From positions 876,541 to 940,540 of the forward strand of contig CAWJKZ010000014.1 in the NCBI GenBank assembly GCA_963843575.1: 64,000 nucleotides of DNA, written 5' to 3'. Position 1 is the stretch's first letter. Every line of letters starts with the position of its first letter. A program made the translations under genes and the position numbers. Positions 1-9,815 of this stretch are shown piece by piece. Below the pieces are notes generated by a model. That model was not told the DNA's origin. It saw only the letters and a list, made by a program, of their open reading frames with translations, and did not search any database. This DNA is from an uncultured Acidobacteriota bacterium (GTDB taxonomy: Bacteria > Acidobacteriota > UBA6911).

Positions 1-1
1 G

Positions 2-109
2 GCCATCGAGATCTGCGGCCGGCGCCTCGCCGAGCACTTTCCCCGCAAGCCCGACGATTCGAACGAGCTCTCCGACACCGTCATCGACCGCAGACCCCGA
101 CGCAGGTAG
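2..109 (+). CDS. 3' end of a TPM-domain-like membrane protein (partial)
   Basis: Frame 2 reads AIEICGRRLAEHFPRKPDDSNELSD...*, matching the HFP..DD.NEL.D C-terminus typical of TPM/DUF477-type proteins. Confidence 0.55.
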   Translation, partial: AIEICGRRLAEHFPRKPDDSNELSDTVIDRRPRRR

Positions 110-186
110 GCATCGCCAGCGACCAACCCGAAAGGCCACTTTCGTAGGCTGCGCCGGGCCGACGCGACCCACTTGGTGTAAACTAA

Positions 187-426
187 GAGTTTGCGCAAGA
201 ATAAGTTCACATTTTGGCGCGAGCGCCGGGCGGGCAGATGCCAGGCGCCGCGACGCAGGCGATGTGGGGACATCGTCGAGGTGCGGCAACGCCGCAGATG
301 CCCGCCCGCCGCCGCGCCCCGGAGGGCCGACGGCTCCGCTAAAAGCAATCTCCTATCGTTGCTTGCTGTAGGATCTGGTGGCTCGGGAGCCGTCAGCAAA
401 ATGTGAAGTTATTCTTGCGCGAGCCC
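187..426. mobile_element. MITE (family A), about 29-bp imperfect TIRs, TAA target duplication
   Basis: Left end gagtttgcgcaagaataagttcacatttt; right end reverse complement gggctcgcgcaagaataacttcacatttt; TAA at 184-186 and 427-429; no transposase. Confidence 0.8.
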
Positions 427-456
427 TAAGCGGGCGGATACGCTGTGAGGTGACCA

Positions 457-1491
457 ATGGCACTAACGCTCTCTACCTGCGCCAGGCGCGTTCTCCTGGT
501 TTCGACAACCCTGTTTCTGCTCGCGGACCCGGTGGCCGCGGCGCAGACTCGGCCCAAGGCGCGAAAACAGATCGCACCGTGGCTTGTGTTGAGGGAGGAA
601 AAGGGATTCGACCGCATACGTCAGAACGCGGACATCCTGAGCTCCTTGAGCGTCTTCGGCGACGCGCCGCGCGAGTTCATCGACCGCTGCCACGGTCTGA
701 ACATCGAGGTCTACTGGGGCGTATCGGGCAATGCGTCGGCGTTCGACACGCCGGCCCGTGCCCAGGCGACGCTCGAAAAATACGTCGAAGCCTGCCGCTC
801 CAGAGGCTACGACGGCATCGACCTCGACTTCGAGCACCTGGACCCGGCGGTCCAGGACGGGTATTCCGATTTCCTGCGCCTCGTTTCCTCGACCTTGCAC
901 CGGCTCTCCAAGAAGCTGAGTCACTGCGTCGGTTTTTACCCTGGTATGGAACTGACTCCGCCGCGCAAGATCTTCTATGACCCGAAAGTTGTCGCCGAAA
1001 CCTGCGACATGATCCGGGTGATGTGCTACGACATGTACTGGGCGCCCGGGAGGGGCGACCCCAAGATGGCAGACCGGCCGGACACCCAGGGGATCGGGCC
1101 CACCTCCAGCTATCCCTGGGCCCGGGAGGCCATGCGCTTCTGGGTGCGGCAGGCGCCGCGCGAAAAGCTGATCATGGGCCTGCCGGCGTACTCCAACGAT
1201 TACGACCTGTCGCCCAAGGGCAAGGGCAAGCAGGTCTACGGGCCGGTGCCGCCCGTGGCCGCACCGGTCCAACTGGAGAAGGCCTGGCAGTGGTACGAAC
1301 GGCTGCCGGTGTCGGTGTACACCGATCCGACAGGCGCCCGGCACATCTTCTACGGCAGCGACGCGGAAAGCACCAAGGTCCATCTCGAGACGGTCGACGA
1401 ACTGGATCTGCCCGGGATAGGGTTCTGGCATTTCAGCAGCGTCGACGACCCGACCTGGGCAGCCGTGCGGGCGTGGCTCTCTAAGCAGTGA
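457..1491 (+). CDS. Secreted glycoside hydrolase family 18 protein
   Basis: Signal peptide, GYDGIDLDFE catalytic motif, MCYD, KLIMGLPAY, GIGFW. Confidence 0.85.
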   Translation: MALTLSTCARRVLLVSTTLFLLADPVAAAQTRPKARKQIAPWLVLREEKGFDRIRQNADILSSLSVFGDAPREFIDRCHGLNIEVYWGVSGNASAFDTPARAQATLEKYVEACRSRGYDGIDLDFEHLDPAVQDGYSDFLRLVSSTLHRLSKKLSHCVGFYPGMELTPPRKIFYDPKVVAETCDMIRVMCYDMYWAPGRGDPKMADRPDTQGIGPTSSYPWAREAMRFWVRQAPREKLIMGLPAYSNDYDLSPKGKGKQVYGPVPPVAAPVQLEKAWQWYERLPVSVYTDPTGARHIFYGSDAESTKVHLETVDELDLPGIGFWHFSSVDDPTWAAVRAWLSKQ

Positions 1492-2463
1492 CCGCCGCAT
1501 CGATGCCGGGCCGATCGCTGGAGATCGTCGCGACCGTCGGACCCGCAAGCCACGGGCTGGTCGTCGAGCTGCACGACGCGGGCGCGACGTCGTTTCGGCT
1601 GAACGCCTCACACATGGCCCCGCGCGCCCTCGCGCGCCTCGCCACCCGCTGCCGGCGCGCCGCCCCCGGCGTCACGCTCGCGGTAGACCTCCAGGGCGCC
1701 AAGATGCGCCTCGGGGCGTTCAAGCCGGTCCGCCTCGCCGAAGGCGACCGGGTCCGCTTTTCCCTCGCCGCCGCGCACCGGGCGCTCCGGCTCCCGCACC
1801 CCGAGTTGTTCGGGGCCGCGGAGCCCGGCTGCACCCTGAGTTGCGACGACGATCGCTTGCGGTTTCGCGTGCTCCGGAACTCGGCCGGCGTGCTGGAATG
1901 CTTCGACCCTGACCGCGGGGATGCTCCTGCCCAGGAAAGGGGTCAACGTTCTCGAACACCCGGTGAAGCTCCAGGCGCTGTCCGGAGCCGACGCGGCGGC
2001 GATCGACGGGACGTCCCACCTGGGCCGCGTCGCGTACGCGTTCTCGTTCATGGAGGACGGTCGCGAGGCTGGCTGGGTGCGGGAGCGCGCCCCGGGTTGC
2101 GCGGTGATCGGCAAGATCGAGCGCCGAGAAGCTGCCGCGCGGGTGCGCACCATCTCCGCCGCCGTCGACGCGCTCTGGATCTGCCGCGGCGACCTCGGCG
2201 CGCAGCTCGGCGTCGCCGGGATGGCGCGCTGGATTTCGGAATACACCCCGGGCACCGACCACGGCCCCGTACTCATGGCGGGGCAGGTCCTCGAACACAT
2301 GACCGAACACCCGATCCCCACCCGCTCGGAGGTGTGCCACCTGCTCGACCTTTGCCGCAGAGGGTACGGAGGCTTCGTGCTTTCCGACGAGACCGCCATC
2401 GGACGGGACCCTGTCCGGGCGGTCGGGACCCTGCACGAGCTGCTCGCCGCCTTTTCCCGGTAG
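1488..2463 (+). CDS. Pyruvate kinase-like protein without the C-terminal domain (frameshift near 1910)
   Basis: IVATVGPAS, FRLNASH, DLQGAKMRLG in one frame; KGVN, KIE, RGDLG, PTRSE, LSDETA in the next; start overlaps the GH18 stop (GTGA). Confidence 0.75.
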
Positions 2464-2490
2464 CCGCCGCTTCCGCACCGCCGCCGACGG

Positions 2491-3166
2491 TCAGGGCAGC
2501 GCCTTCAGCCTGATGTTGCGGTACTCGACGCGGTAACCTTCCGCTTCGAGGCCGAAGAAGCCGCGGCGCACCTCGCACTTCATCTCGCTGGCGCTCCCGC
2601 CGTTCACCCAGAGGCTGACCTGATCGCCGACGGCGCTCAACTCGTAGGTGTTCCACTCTCCCGCCGGTTTGATCCGGTTCTCGGGCATCTTGTCGCGAGT
2701 GTTGACACGCTGGATGACGCCGTTGACGAGTGTGTCTGCGAAGAGATACCCGCCACCGGCGGTGGCCTGCGCCTGGTGCCATATCGAGCCGTCCGGGCTG
2801 GTGCGGACGAATACGCCGGCGTTGTACCGCGGGCTGCCCCTCGACGACCGGGAAGCGCCACTCGACGCGCGCGACGAAATCGGACAGATCCTGGCCCCAC
2901 CGGAGCCACTCGTGGCCGACCCTGTCGCCGTCGCAGATGACGGTCGTGCCGGAAGCGTCGAGGTGCCAGGGGGACGGGTCCGTCATTTGTCCCGGTCTGA
3001 GGGCCCCGGCCGCGCCCAGCGGGCCTCGGACCCACTCTTTCAAGCTCTTGTCGGCAAGCAGGTCCTGCCACCCGGCCGGATCCGAGTCCAGGGCGCCGCG
3101 CGATTGCGACTGCAGCGCGGGCAGCAGAAGAAGAATGAATACGACGGCGGCGAGCAGAAAACGCAT
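2491..3166 (-). CDS. DUF1080 (3-keto-disaccharide hydrolase) family protein, frameshifted
   Basis: Signal peptide MRFLLAAVV with GGAGG RBS; GWQDLL, GEWNTYE, GLEAEG..VEYRNIRLK. Confidence 0.75.
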
Positions 3167-3422
3167 GTAACCCTCCATGTCTTGAGTGGAAAAACGTTCG
3201 GCCCCGACCGCGGGATCGCCCGAAGCAGGAGAACGGAATCACGTCACAGAACCCTATCGTCGCCGCACCCGCGTGGGAATTGCAACTCCAGTTTGCACCG
3301 TCGGGACGCCTCGTCGGGCCAGGGGCGAGGCCCCGGCTGCCCGAACCCTCAGGGCAGGGTCACCTTTTTCTGGTGCCAAAACAGGGCATCGCGGGTAAGT
3401 TATGGGGCCAAGGAGGTGGCTC

Positions 3423-4312
3423 ATGGCTTTCTGCACGAAATGCGGTGCGGCAATTAGCGGTGATTTTTGCACGAGCTGCGGCGCGCGGGTCGGGACGCCG
3501 CCCCAGCCTGACAGGCCGATACCCCCTCCGGTGTATCAGCCGCCGGCCCGCCCCGTCCAGTCCGCCGGACAGCCCGTGCCGGCGAAAAAGAAGATAAGTC
3601 CGGTGCTTTGGATTGTCGGTGGCTGCTTCGGCCTGCTCGTCATCGCCGCGGTGATCGCGGTATTCACGGGCTTTTTCGTGGCCAACAAGGTCAGACAGGC
3701 CGGGCTGGACCCGGCCCTGATCGAGAAGAACCCCGGGCTGGCAGTGGCCAAAATGATGGTCAGTGCGAACCCGGACCTCGAGATGGTTTCGGTGGATGAG
3801 AACCGGGGGATCATCCGCGTCCGGGAGAAAAAGACCGGCAAGACCATGACGGTCAACCTCGAGGCCGCCAAGGAAGGCAAGATCGAATTCCAGGACGAAA
3901 ACGGCGAGAAGATCGAGCTGCAGGCGACCGGCGGAGGCGATTCCGGCTCGCTCACCGTCAAGACCCAGAAGGGGACCATGCAGCTCGGGACGGGCCTGAA
4001 GCTCCCGGACTGGCTGCCCTCCTACGCGGGGGCACAGCAGATCGCTTCCATGGGCATCACCGACCGAAAGTACCGAAGGGGGGAACGGCGAATTTCAGGA
4101 CGGGAGACGGCCCGGACCGGGTGATCACGTTCTATGAAAACGCCCTGACCGGGACCGGGTTCGCCGTGGAGAAGACGACGTTGAACGCTCCCGGCCAGCC
4201 TGCCGTCATCTTCCTGACCGCGAAGGACAAGAGCTCGAACAGAAGCGTTCAGGTGACGGCAACAGCGCAGCCGGAGGGAACGGTCGTCGGCGTCGTGTAC
4301 GAAAACAAATAG
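3423..4312 (+). CDS. Zinc-ribbon membrane protein, frameshifted near 4075-4120
   Basis: MAFCTKCG...FCTSCG, Pro-rich linker, single TM helix, AGGAGG RBS; continues in ORF 4121..4312. Confidence 0.7.
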
Positions 4313-4402
4313 CGTGAAGGCTCGGCCTTCTGTTGAACTGATTACCAGGAGAAATGAGGGCCGGCTCCGGATCTCCATATTCCACTGCACCGGGAGGAAT
4401 CG

Positions 4403-5464
4403 ATGCGAAGGGAAACAGCAATTGCAGGCTCCCTGATTTTGTTTGCCGCACTCACGTCCGCATGCAGCAAGCCGCCCGAGCATCCGGCGGGACCCGCAGC
4501 GATCGATAAAGCCAAGCTCGAATTGTTCGCGCCGCTGCCGAACGTGGTAGCGTCGGACGCAAATCCCATCACCGAGGAAAAGATCGCCCTCGGCCGAATG
4601 CTCTTCTACGAACCGAGGCTCTCGAAGAACCAGACGATCGCGTGCAACACCTGCCACAAGCTCGACAAGTACGGCGTCGACGGGGAGGTGACCTCGGACG
4701 GGCACAAGGGGCAGAAGGGGACGCGCAACTCGCCGACGGTCTACAACGCTGCCGGCCACGTGGCCCAGTTCTGGGACGGCCGGGCGGCCACGGTTGAGGA
4801 GCAGTCCAAAGGGCCGGTGATGAACCCTGTCGAAATGGCGATGGGATCAGAGAAGGACGTCATGGCCGTCCTCAAGTCCATGCCGGAATACGTGGACGCT
4901 TTCAAACGGGCCTTCCCGGACGAGAAGGAAGCCATCACCTACGACAACATGGCAAAGGCGATCGGGGCATTCGAACGCAAGCTCGTGACCCATTCGAGAT
5001 GGGATAAGTTCGTTGCGGGCGACGACAGCGCGCTCACTCCCGACGAGAAGGCCGGGTTCTCGGCCTATGTCGATGCCGGGTGCCCGACCTGCCACATCGG
5101 GCCCTATGTCGGAGGCAACCTTTACCAGCGCCTGGGCGTTGCGCGCCCCTGGCCGGACGCCACCGATCCCGGCCGGGAGAAGGTCACCAAGAGCAGTGCG
5201 GACCACATGGTCTTCAAGGTCCCTTCGCTGCGGAACATCGACAAGACCGGCCCGTATTTCCACGACGGCAAGATCGCCAGTCTGGACGACGCCGTTTCCA
5301 AGATGGGCGAATACCAGGTTGGGAAGAAGCTGTCGGACACGCAGGTAAAATCGATCGTGACGTGGCTCAAGACCCTGACCGGCGACCTGCCGACCGACTA
5401 TATCAAGGAGCCGGTCCTGCCCAAGAGCACGCCCAAGACGCCCAAACCGGTCGCGGGCGACTAG
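4403..5464 (+). CDS. Di-heme cytochrome c peroxidase (CcpA/MauG family), lipoprotein
   Basis: CNTCH and CPTCH heme motifs, RNSPTV, QFWDGRA, FKVPSLRNI, PYFHDG; lipobox LTSAC. Confidence 0.9.
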   Translation: MRRETAIAGSLILFAALTSACSKPPEHPAGPAAIDKAKLELFAPLPNVVASDANPITEEKIALGRMLFYEPRLSKNQTIACNTCHKLDKYGVDGEVTSDGHKGQKGTRNSPTVYNAAGHVAQFWDGRAATVEEQSKGPVMNPVEMAMGSEKDVMAVLKSMPEYVDAFKRAFPDEKEAITYDNMAKAIGAFERKLVTHSRWDKFVAGDDSALTPDEKAGFSAYVDAGCPTCHIGPYVGGNLYQRLGVARPWPDATDPGREKVTKSSADHMVFKVPSLRNIDKTGPYFHDGKIASLDDAVSKMGEYQVGKKLSDTQVKSIVTWLKTLTGDLPTDYIKEPVLPKSTPKTPKPVAGD

Positions 5465-5547
5465 CCTCACGACAACGGGCCGAGGCGGCGCCGGTCCCCC
5501 GCGGCCGGCGCCCTGTGCTCCAAAGCGCTTGTGGGGAGTGGCTGGGC

Positions 5548-5991
5548 ATGCGAAAAGTGATCAAATACGGAATTGCCGTTGTCGCCGTGTTGCTCGTGGT
5601 CATCCAGTTTTTCCAGCCCGAACGGACCAACCCGCCCGTCAACCCGGCCTCGACCTTCGAGGCCGTTGCGAAGCCGGGTCCCGGGCTGGCGGGCGTCGTC
5701 AACCGTGCCTGCCGCGACTGCCACTCCAACGAAACGACCTGGCCCTGGTACAGCAAGATCGCACCCGTATCCTGGCTCGTGGCCGACGACGTCAAGGAAG
5801 CCCGTGCCCACCTGAATTTTTCCGAGTGGGGATACTACAGCCCGGAGATGTCCAGGCTGAAGCTGAAGGAGGCCTGCACGGAGGTCAAGGGGGGCGACAT
5901 GCCCCTGTGGATTTACCGGCTCGTGCACGCCCAGGCCAGGCTCACCGACGCCGACGTGCAGGCGATCTGCAGCGCCGGCACGGCGCCCTGA
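5548..5991 (+). CDS. Haem-binding (Haem_bd) mono-heme cytochrome c domain protein
   Basis: ACRDCHSNETTWPWYS...LNFSEW...MP..Y..H; N-terminal TM segment. Confidence 0.85.
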   Translation: MRKVIKYGIAVVAVLLVVIQFFQPERTNPPVNPASTFEAVAKPGPGLAGVVNRACRDCHSNETTWPWYSKIAPVSWLVADDVKEARAHLNFSEWGYYSPEMSRLKLKEACTEVKGGDMPLWIYRLVHAQARLTDADVQAICSAGTAP

Positions 5992-5996
5992 CGACT

Positions 5997-7517
5997 TCAG
6001 GGTTTCGGATCGAGGCCGCTGGTGACTTCCCGGAAACCGAGTTGGGCGGGGGGAATCAGGCGCGACGCGGTTCGCACGGCTTCGAGGTTCCAGGTGAGGC
6101 GGCTGTTGCCGCCGATCGTCAGCTTCGGGACTCCCCAGGACAAAGGCCCGGCGCCCCCTGAGACGGAGGCCAGCAGCACGGCACCCGATATCGACAGATC
6201 CGCCGCCGCCAGCTCGATCTCCCCGTTCCCCACGACCAGGATGACGCCGCTGAAACTGAAGCGGCCCGTCACGCGCAACCGACCGGTGACAATCAGCAAC
6301 CCACCCCCGGAGACGCTGCCCCCCACCGCGAGATCCCCCTCCACCAGGGTCGCCATCGGCCGCTGGCCGGGTGCGTTAAAGGGCAATGCCGGATCGTAGG
6401 CTCCCAGTTCCGGGCTCACGGGACCATCCCAGGTCTGGCTCTCCGGGAACACGTTGTCGGCGAACTGCGGTGCGATCCGGTCGACGAATTTCCGCAAGTA
6501 GTCCCTGTCGAGCAGCAACGCCTTGTCGCTGCCGACGACGGCTGCCCGCGCCGTGATGTCCCCAATCGACGGGGGTGAGCCCGCCCCGGCAACGTTGCCC
6601 GCCCGATCCGCTGGGAGTTGCGCCGCGATCTGCAGCGCCGGCGAGGTGCCGTTGCCCGCATCGGTGTCGATCACGGCGATCCCGAACCCGGCCGGATCTC
6701 CCTGGATGAAAAACCCCTCCCCCTCGAAAACCGCGCCATCGGCCGGCAGGACCGCGTCTCCCACCACCACCAGGGGCGCGTCCGGTTCGAAGGTTGAGCG
6801 GCGCTTGAACCTGGACTCGAAGACGGCGACGGCATTGCGCCTCAGCACCGCCCCCGTCATCTCATGCACCGTGGTCGCGAGCCCCATCGAGCGGACAACC
6901 ACGACGCCGTCGCCGTCGTGGAACGGGCTGTCCGAGGCGTCTTCCTCCATCTCGGTCGACTCGCCGTTGTTGTCGGCCACCTTCACGAAGTAGCGCGCGC
7001 AGACGACCTCCCGCCCGCGGTCGTCCGGGCAGGTGCGGGGAACTCCGGTCTGGGGAATCAGCACGGTGCCGCCGGCGCCGCCGTACGCCCCCGTGTTGAT
7101 CAGCCCGTCGTCCGGGCGCCCGCTGGCGTCGGCCGACGGATCCACGCAGTCCACGAAACGCGCGAGGCCCCACTCGAAAGGATTACGAAACTCGAATGTG
7201 CGGGCCGAAGCAGCATATTCGGGCGTGGTCGCATACGTTCCGTCCGGCCCCCTCAGCAGATCGTCGAAATCGACGCCACGCAGGAGCGCCCGGGCGTGGC
7301 CGGCGCCCGAAAGCGCGGCGTAGCGCGCCTGGATCAGGGCCTCGTAGTTGTCGCCTATGCGCACTTCGGTGACGGCGCCGAGCGAGAAATAGAGCCCGAT
7401 CAGGGAGAATAGGGCCAACGCGATCAGGGCGGAGACCAGGGCGATTCCCGCATCGCCTGCCAGCCGTCCGCTTCGGTCAACGCCGCCCCCCTCCCTTCGA
7501 ATCCCAGCGCCTCTCAT
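5997..7517 (-). CDS. PilX-like type IV pilus/pseudopilin assembly protein
   Basis: G-IALVSALIAL prepilin-like N-terminus, ARYAALSG, C-terminal G.L.V.G beta repeats. Confidence 0.6.
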   Translation of the reverse strand: MRGAGIRREGGGVDRSGRLAGDAGIALVSALIALALFSLIGLYFSLGAVTEVRIGDNYEALIQARYAALSGAGHARALLRGVDFDDLLRGPDGTYATTPEYAASARTFEFRNPFEWGLARFVDCVDPSADASGRPDDGLINTGAYGGAGGTVLIPQTGVPRTCPDDRGREVVCARYFVKVADNNGESTEMEEDASDSPFHDGDGVVVVRSMGLATTVHEMTGAVLRRNAVAVFESRFKRRSTFEPDAPLVVVGDAVLPADGAVFEGEGFFIQGDPAGFGIAVIDTDAGNGTSPALQIAAQLPADRAGNVAGAGSPPSIGDITARAAVVGSDKALLLDRDYLRKFVDRIAPQFADNVFPESQTWDGPVSPELGAYDPALPFNAPGQRPMATLVEGDLAVGGSVSGGGLLIVTGRLRVTGRFSFSGVILVVGNGEIELAAADLSISGAVLLASVSGGAGPLSWGVPKLTIGGNSRLTWNLEAVRTASRLIPPAQLGFREVTSGLDPKP

Positions 7518-7747
7518 GGCAGCCCTCCGGAGCGATCACCGTTCACTTCACTGTTTCGGAAGCCACCGAAATATCTCGGGAGGTGTGTGGATTTTCCGGC
7601 AGATCCCCAAGTGGGCCGCGTCGGCTCGACGCGGCCCTGCCGGGGGGGGGCGGTGACCGACGGGTTGCCCGGGCGGGAGGATCCGGGGCGGACAGTGTCA
7701 ACGGGTACGCCGGCGGGAGAAGACCGTACCGGAGGATTGGCCGGGCA

Positions 7748-8743
7748 TCATCGGGGCCGGGCGGACTCCGCCCACCGCGCGGCAGGCTCCTGCAGGGCCC
7801 AGTCCGTGTGCGGTCTGCGGTTGAGCATCAGGAAACCGTGCAGCAATTCCGCGTAGGATCGGGGACGCATCCCCTTCTTCTGAAAATACGGATCGAGCAG
7901 GCGGCGCAACCGGGGCAGGTTGTAGAAAGGCACCCCGGGATAATAGTGATGCTCCAGGTGGTAGTTGGACCACAGGTAGATGAATCCCCAGACGCGACTC
8001 GGCTTCATCAGCGTGCTCCACTGTGCCGGGTCGGCCGGGTTGATGTCGTAGTGCTGCCCCAGCCGGTTCAAGGCAAAGGCCACGGGGAACACCAGGAATA
8101 CCGGGACAAGATACACGCGGGCGAGCAAGGCTCCCCCGGCGGCCAGCCACACCGACGCGACCAGGACCACGTGGAACAGGATCACGACGGCGCGCTCGAC
8201 CGCGATCTGCCTGCGAAGCGGGGCCGGGTAGGACGCGGCCGCCCGCGCCGCCGCGCGGAAGTAAATCGGGAACAGCGCGGGCGTGAAGTAGAGAGCCTTA
8301 AACCAGGGCTTGTTCCGCTTCGGCGAGAGGTAGTGGCGTTTGGGATCGTCTTCGGACCCGAGCTGCGCGTGATGATCCAGGTGCCAGCGCGTGAACTGCG
8401 CCGCCGAGATGCCGCTCGGAATCGAGTAGAGCAAGGCGAGTGCCCGGGAGAGCCCGGGGCGGTTTCTCCGGAAGACCAGGCCGTGAAGCACCTCGTGCAG
8501 CAGCACCGTGCAGTTGAAAACGGTCAGCCCGACCACGGCGGCGCAGGGGAGCCAGAGCCAGGAGTCCCTGAACCAGACCACACCCGCGGTCGCCAGGCCC
8601 CCGACGCCAAAGTGTCGTGCCGCGACGAGGAAATGGCGGTCAGGGCGCCGCCGGTGCAACTGGCGCAGCGCATCGCGGTCGAACGTCCCCGCGAGCTCCC
8701 GCATCAGGGCCCGGGTGTGTGTTGAATAATAGCCGTTTGCCAA
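7748..8743 (-). CDS. Membrane fatty acid desaturase family protein
   Basis: His boxes HEVLH, HLDHH, HLEHH; PFYNLP; TM segments. Confidence 0.85.
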   Translation of the reverse strand: MANGYYSTHTRALMRELAGTFDRDALRQLHRRRPDRHFLVAARHFGVGGLATAGVVWFRDSWLWLPCAAVVGLTVFNCTVLLHEVLHGLVFRRNRPGLSRALALLYSIPSGISAAQFTRWHLDHHAQLGSEDDPKRHYLSPKRNKPWFKALYFTPALFPIYFRAAARAAASYPAPLRRQIAVERAVVILFHVVLVASVWLAAGGALLARVYLVPVFLVFPVAFALNRLGQHYDINPADPAQWSTLMKPSRVWGFIYLWSNYHLEHHYYPGVPFYNLPRLRRLLDPYFQKKGMRPRSYAELLHGFLMLNRRPHTDWALQEPAARWAESARPR

Positions 8744-8802
8744 TCGTGTTCTCTGCCCGAGAGGGGTATCTCCGGAAATTCTATCACACGCCCGAACGGG
8801 GG

Positions 8803-9540
8803 CTAGCGCGCCTGATTGCCGGAGAACACGAGGGTGCCGAAGCTGGCCGGCACGTGGAAGTCCTCACGCAGGGTGGGCGACCACGCCAGGTCGACAGGCT
8901 CGGGGAGCTTTTCCACACGGTAGAGATTCAAGCGCCACTGATCCCCCGCCTTGGGCGGGATGTTGGCGGCGGGCACGACGTCTTCGAGGGGCAACGCTAT
9001 TTCGCAGGTCCATTCCCGGTCCCCCGGCTTGCCGTCGACGCTTCCGTCCACGCGCACCGCCCACGCGATCTTCTCGCTGTTCCAGCTCTTGTACGGGATG
9101 GCCTTGCGCGTATCGAGCAGGTATATGTCGATCAAGGTGCCGAGAGGGTTGACCTCCAGCTCGATATAACCCGTATTGTTCGCGGCAGGCTTCAGGAAGA
9201 CTTCGACCACCTCCTCTTCCCACAGGTGCTGGTCGCGCTCTCTCATCGTCGACCAGATGTTGGTGTCCACGCAGCGGAAACCGAAATAGAGGAAGCGGTC
9301 GTCGTAGAGAATCTTCGCCTGGGTCGGAAGGGGCGACGGCCTGCCGTCCAGGTTCCGGACGAAGGCGATCGGGGCGACGGCGGCCCAGACGGGCTCGTCC
9401 AGCACTCCGTCGACCACGATCGGCACCGCGGTGCGATCCGCGGTGAAAACGGGGAGCTCCGCGGAAGGACTCGTGCGCCCTCCAAGGCCAACGACCACCG
9501 CAAACAGCACGACAGCACAACCCGCCTTCAGAGGGATCAT
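8803..9540 (-). CDS. Carbohydrate-binding family 9-like secreted protein
   Basis: Signal peptide; VDGVLDEPVW, LYDDRFLYF, ELEVNPLG, EIALPL, WRLNLYR, FHVP..FG. Confidence 0.8.
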   Translation of the reverse strand: MIPLKAGCAVVLFAVVVGLGGRTSPSAELPVFTADRTAVPIVVDGVLDEPVWAAVAPIAFVRNLDGRPSPLPTQAKILYDDRFLYFGFRCVDTNIWSTMRERDQHLWEEEVVEVFLKPAANNTGYIELEVNPLGTLIDIYLLDTRKAIPYKSWNSEKIAWAVRVDGSVDGKPGDREWTCEIALPLEDVVPAANIPPKAGDQWRLNLYRVEKLPEPVDLAWSPTLREDFHVPASFGTLVFSGNQAR

Positions 9541-9815
9541 GGTCCACCTGCCGGTTTTAAATGTCGTCGATATTCCCGCCCACACAAGCGACCGGAGCAC
9601 ACAATACTCTATAGCAGCTTTGGGCCGCCGATCCAATCCTTTGAGCTGATCGGCACGAAACGGCAACCTCGGCAATGGTGCTTTTCAACCACAGCGTCAC
9701 GCACTACAATGTGCCGGGCACGGGCGAACGCCGTCGATCCCGTTGGGTGATGGGGGGTTCCTCCTGTCCGGCCTCAAGCTCCGGCACTGTTCCAGAACAT
9801 GGAGATTATGCGGAT

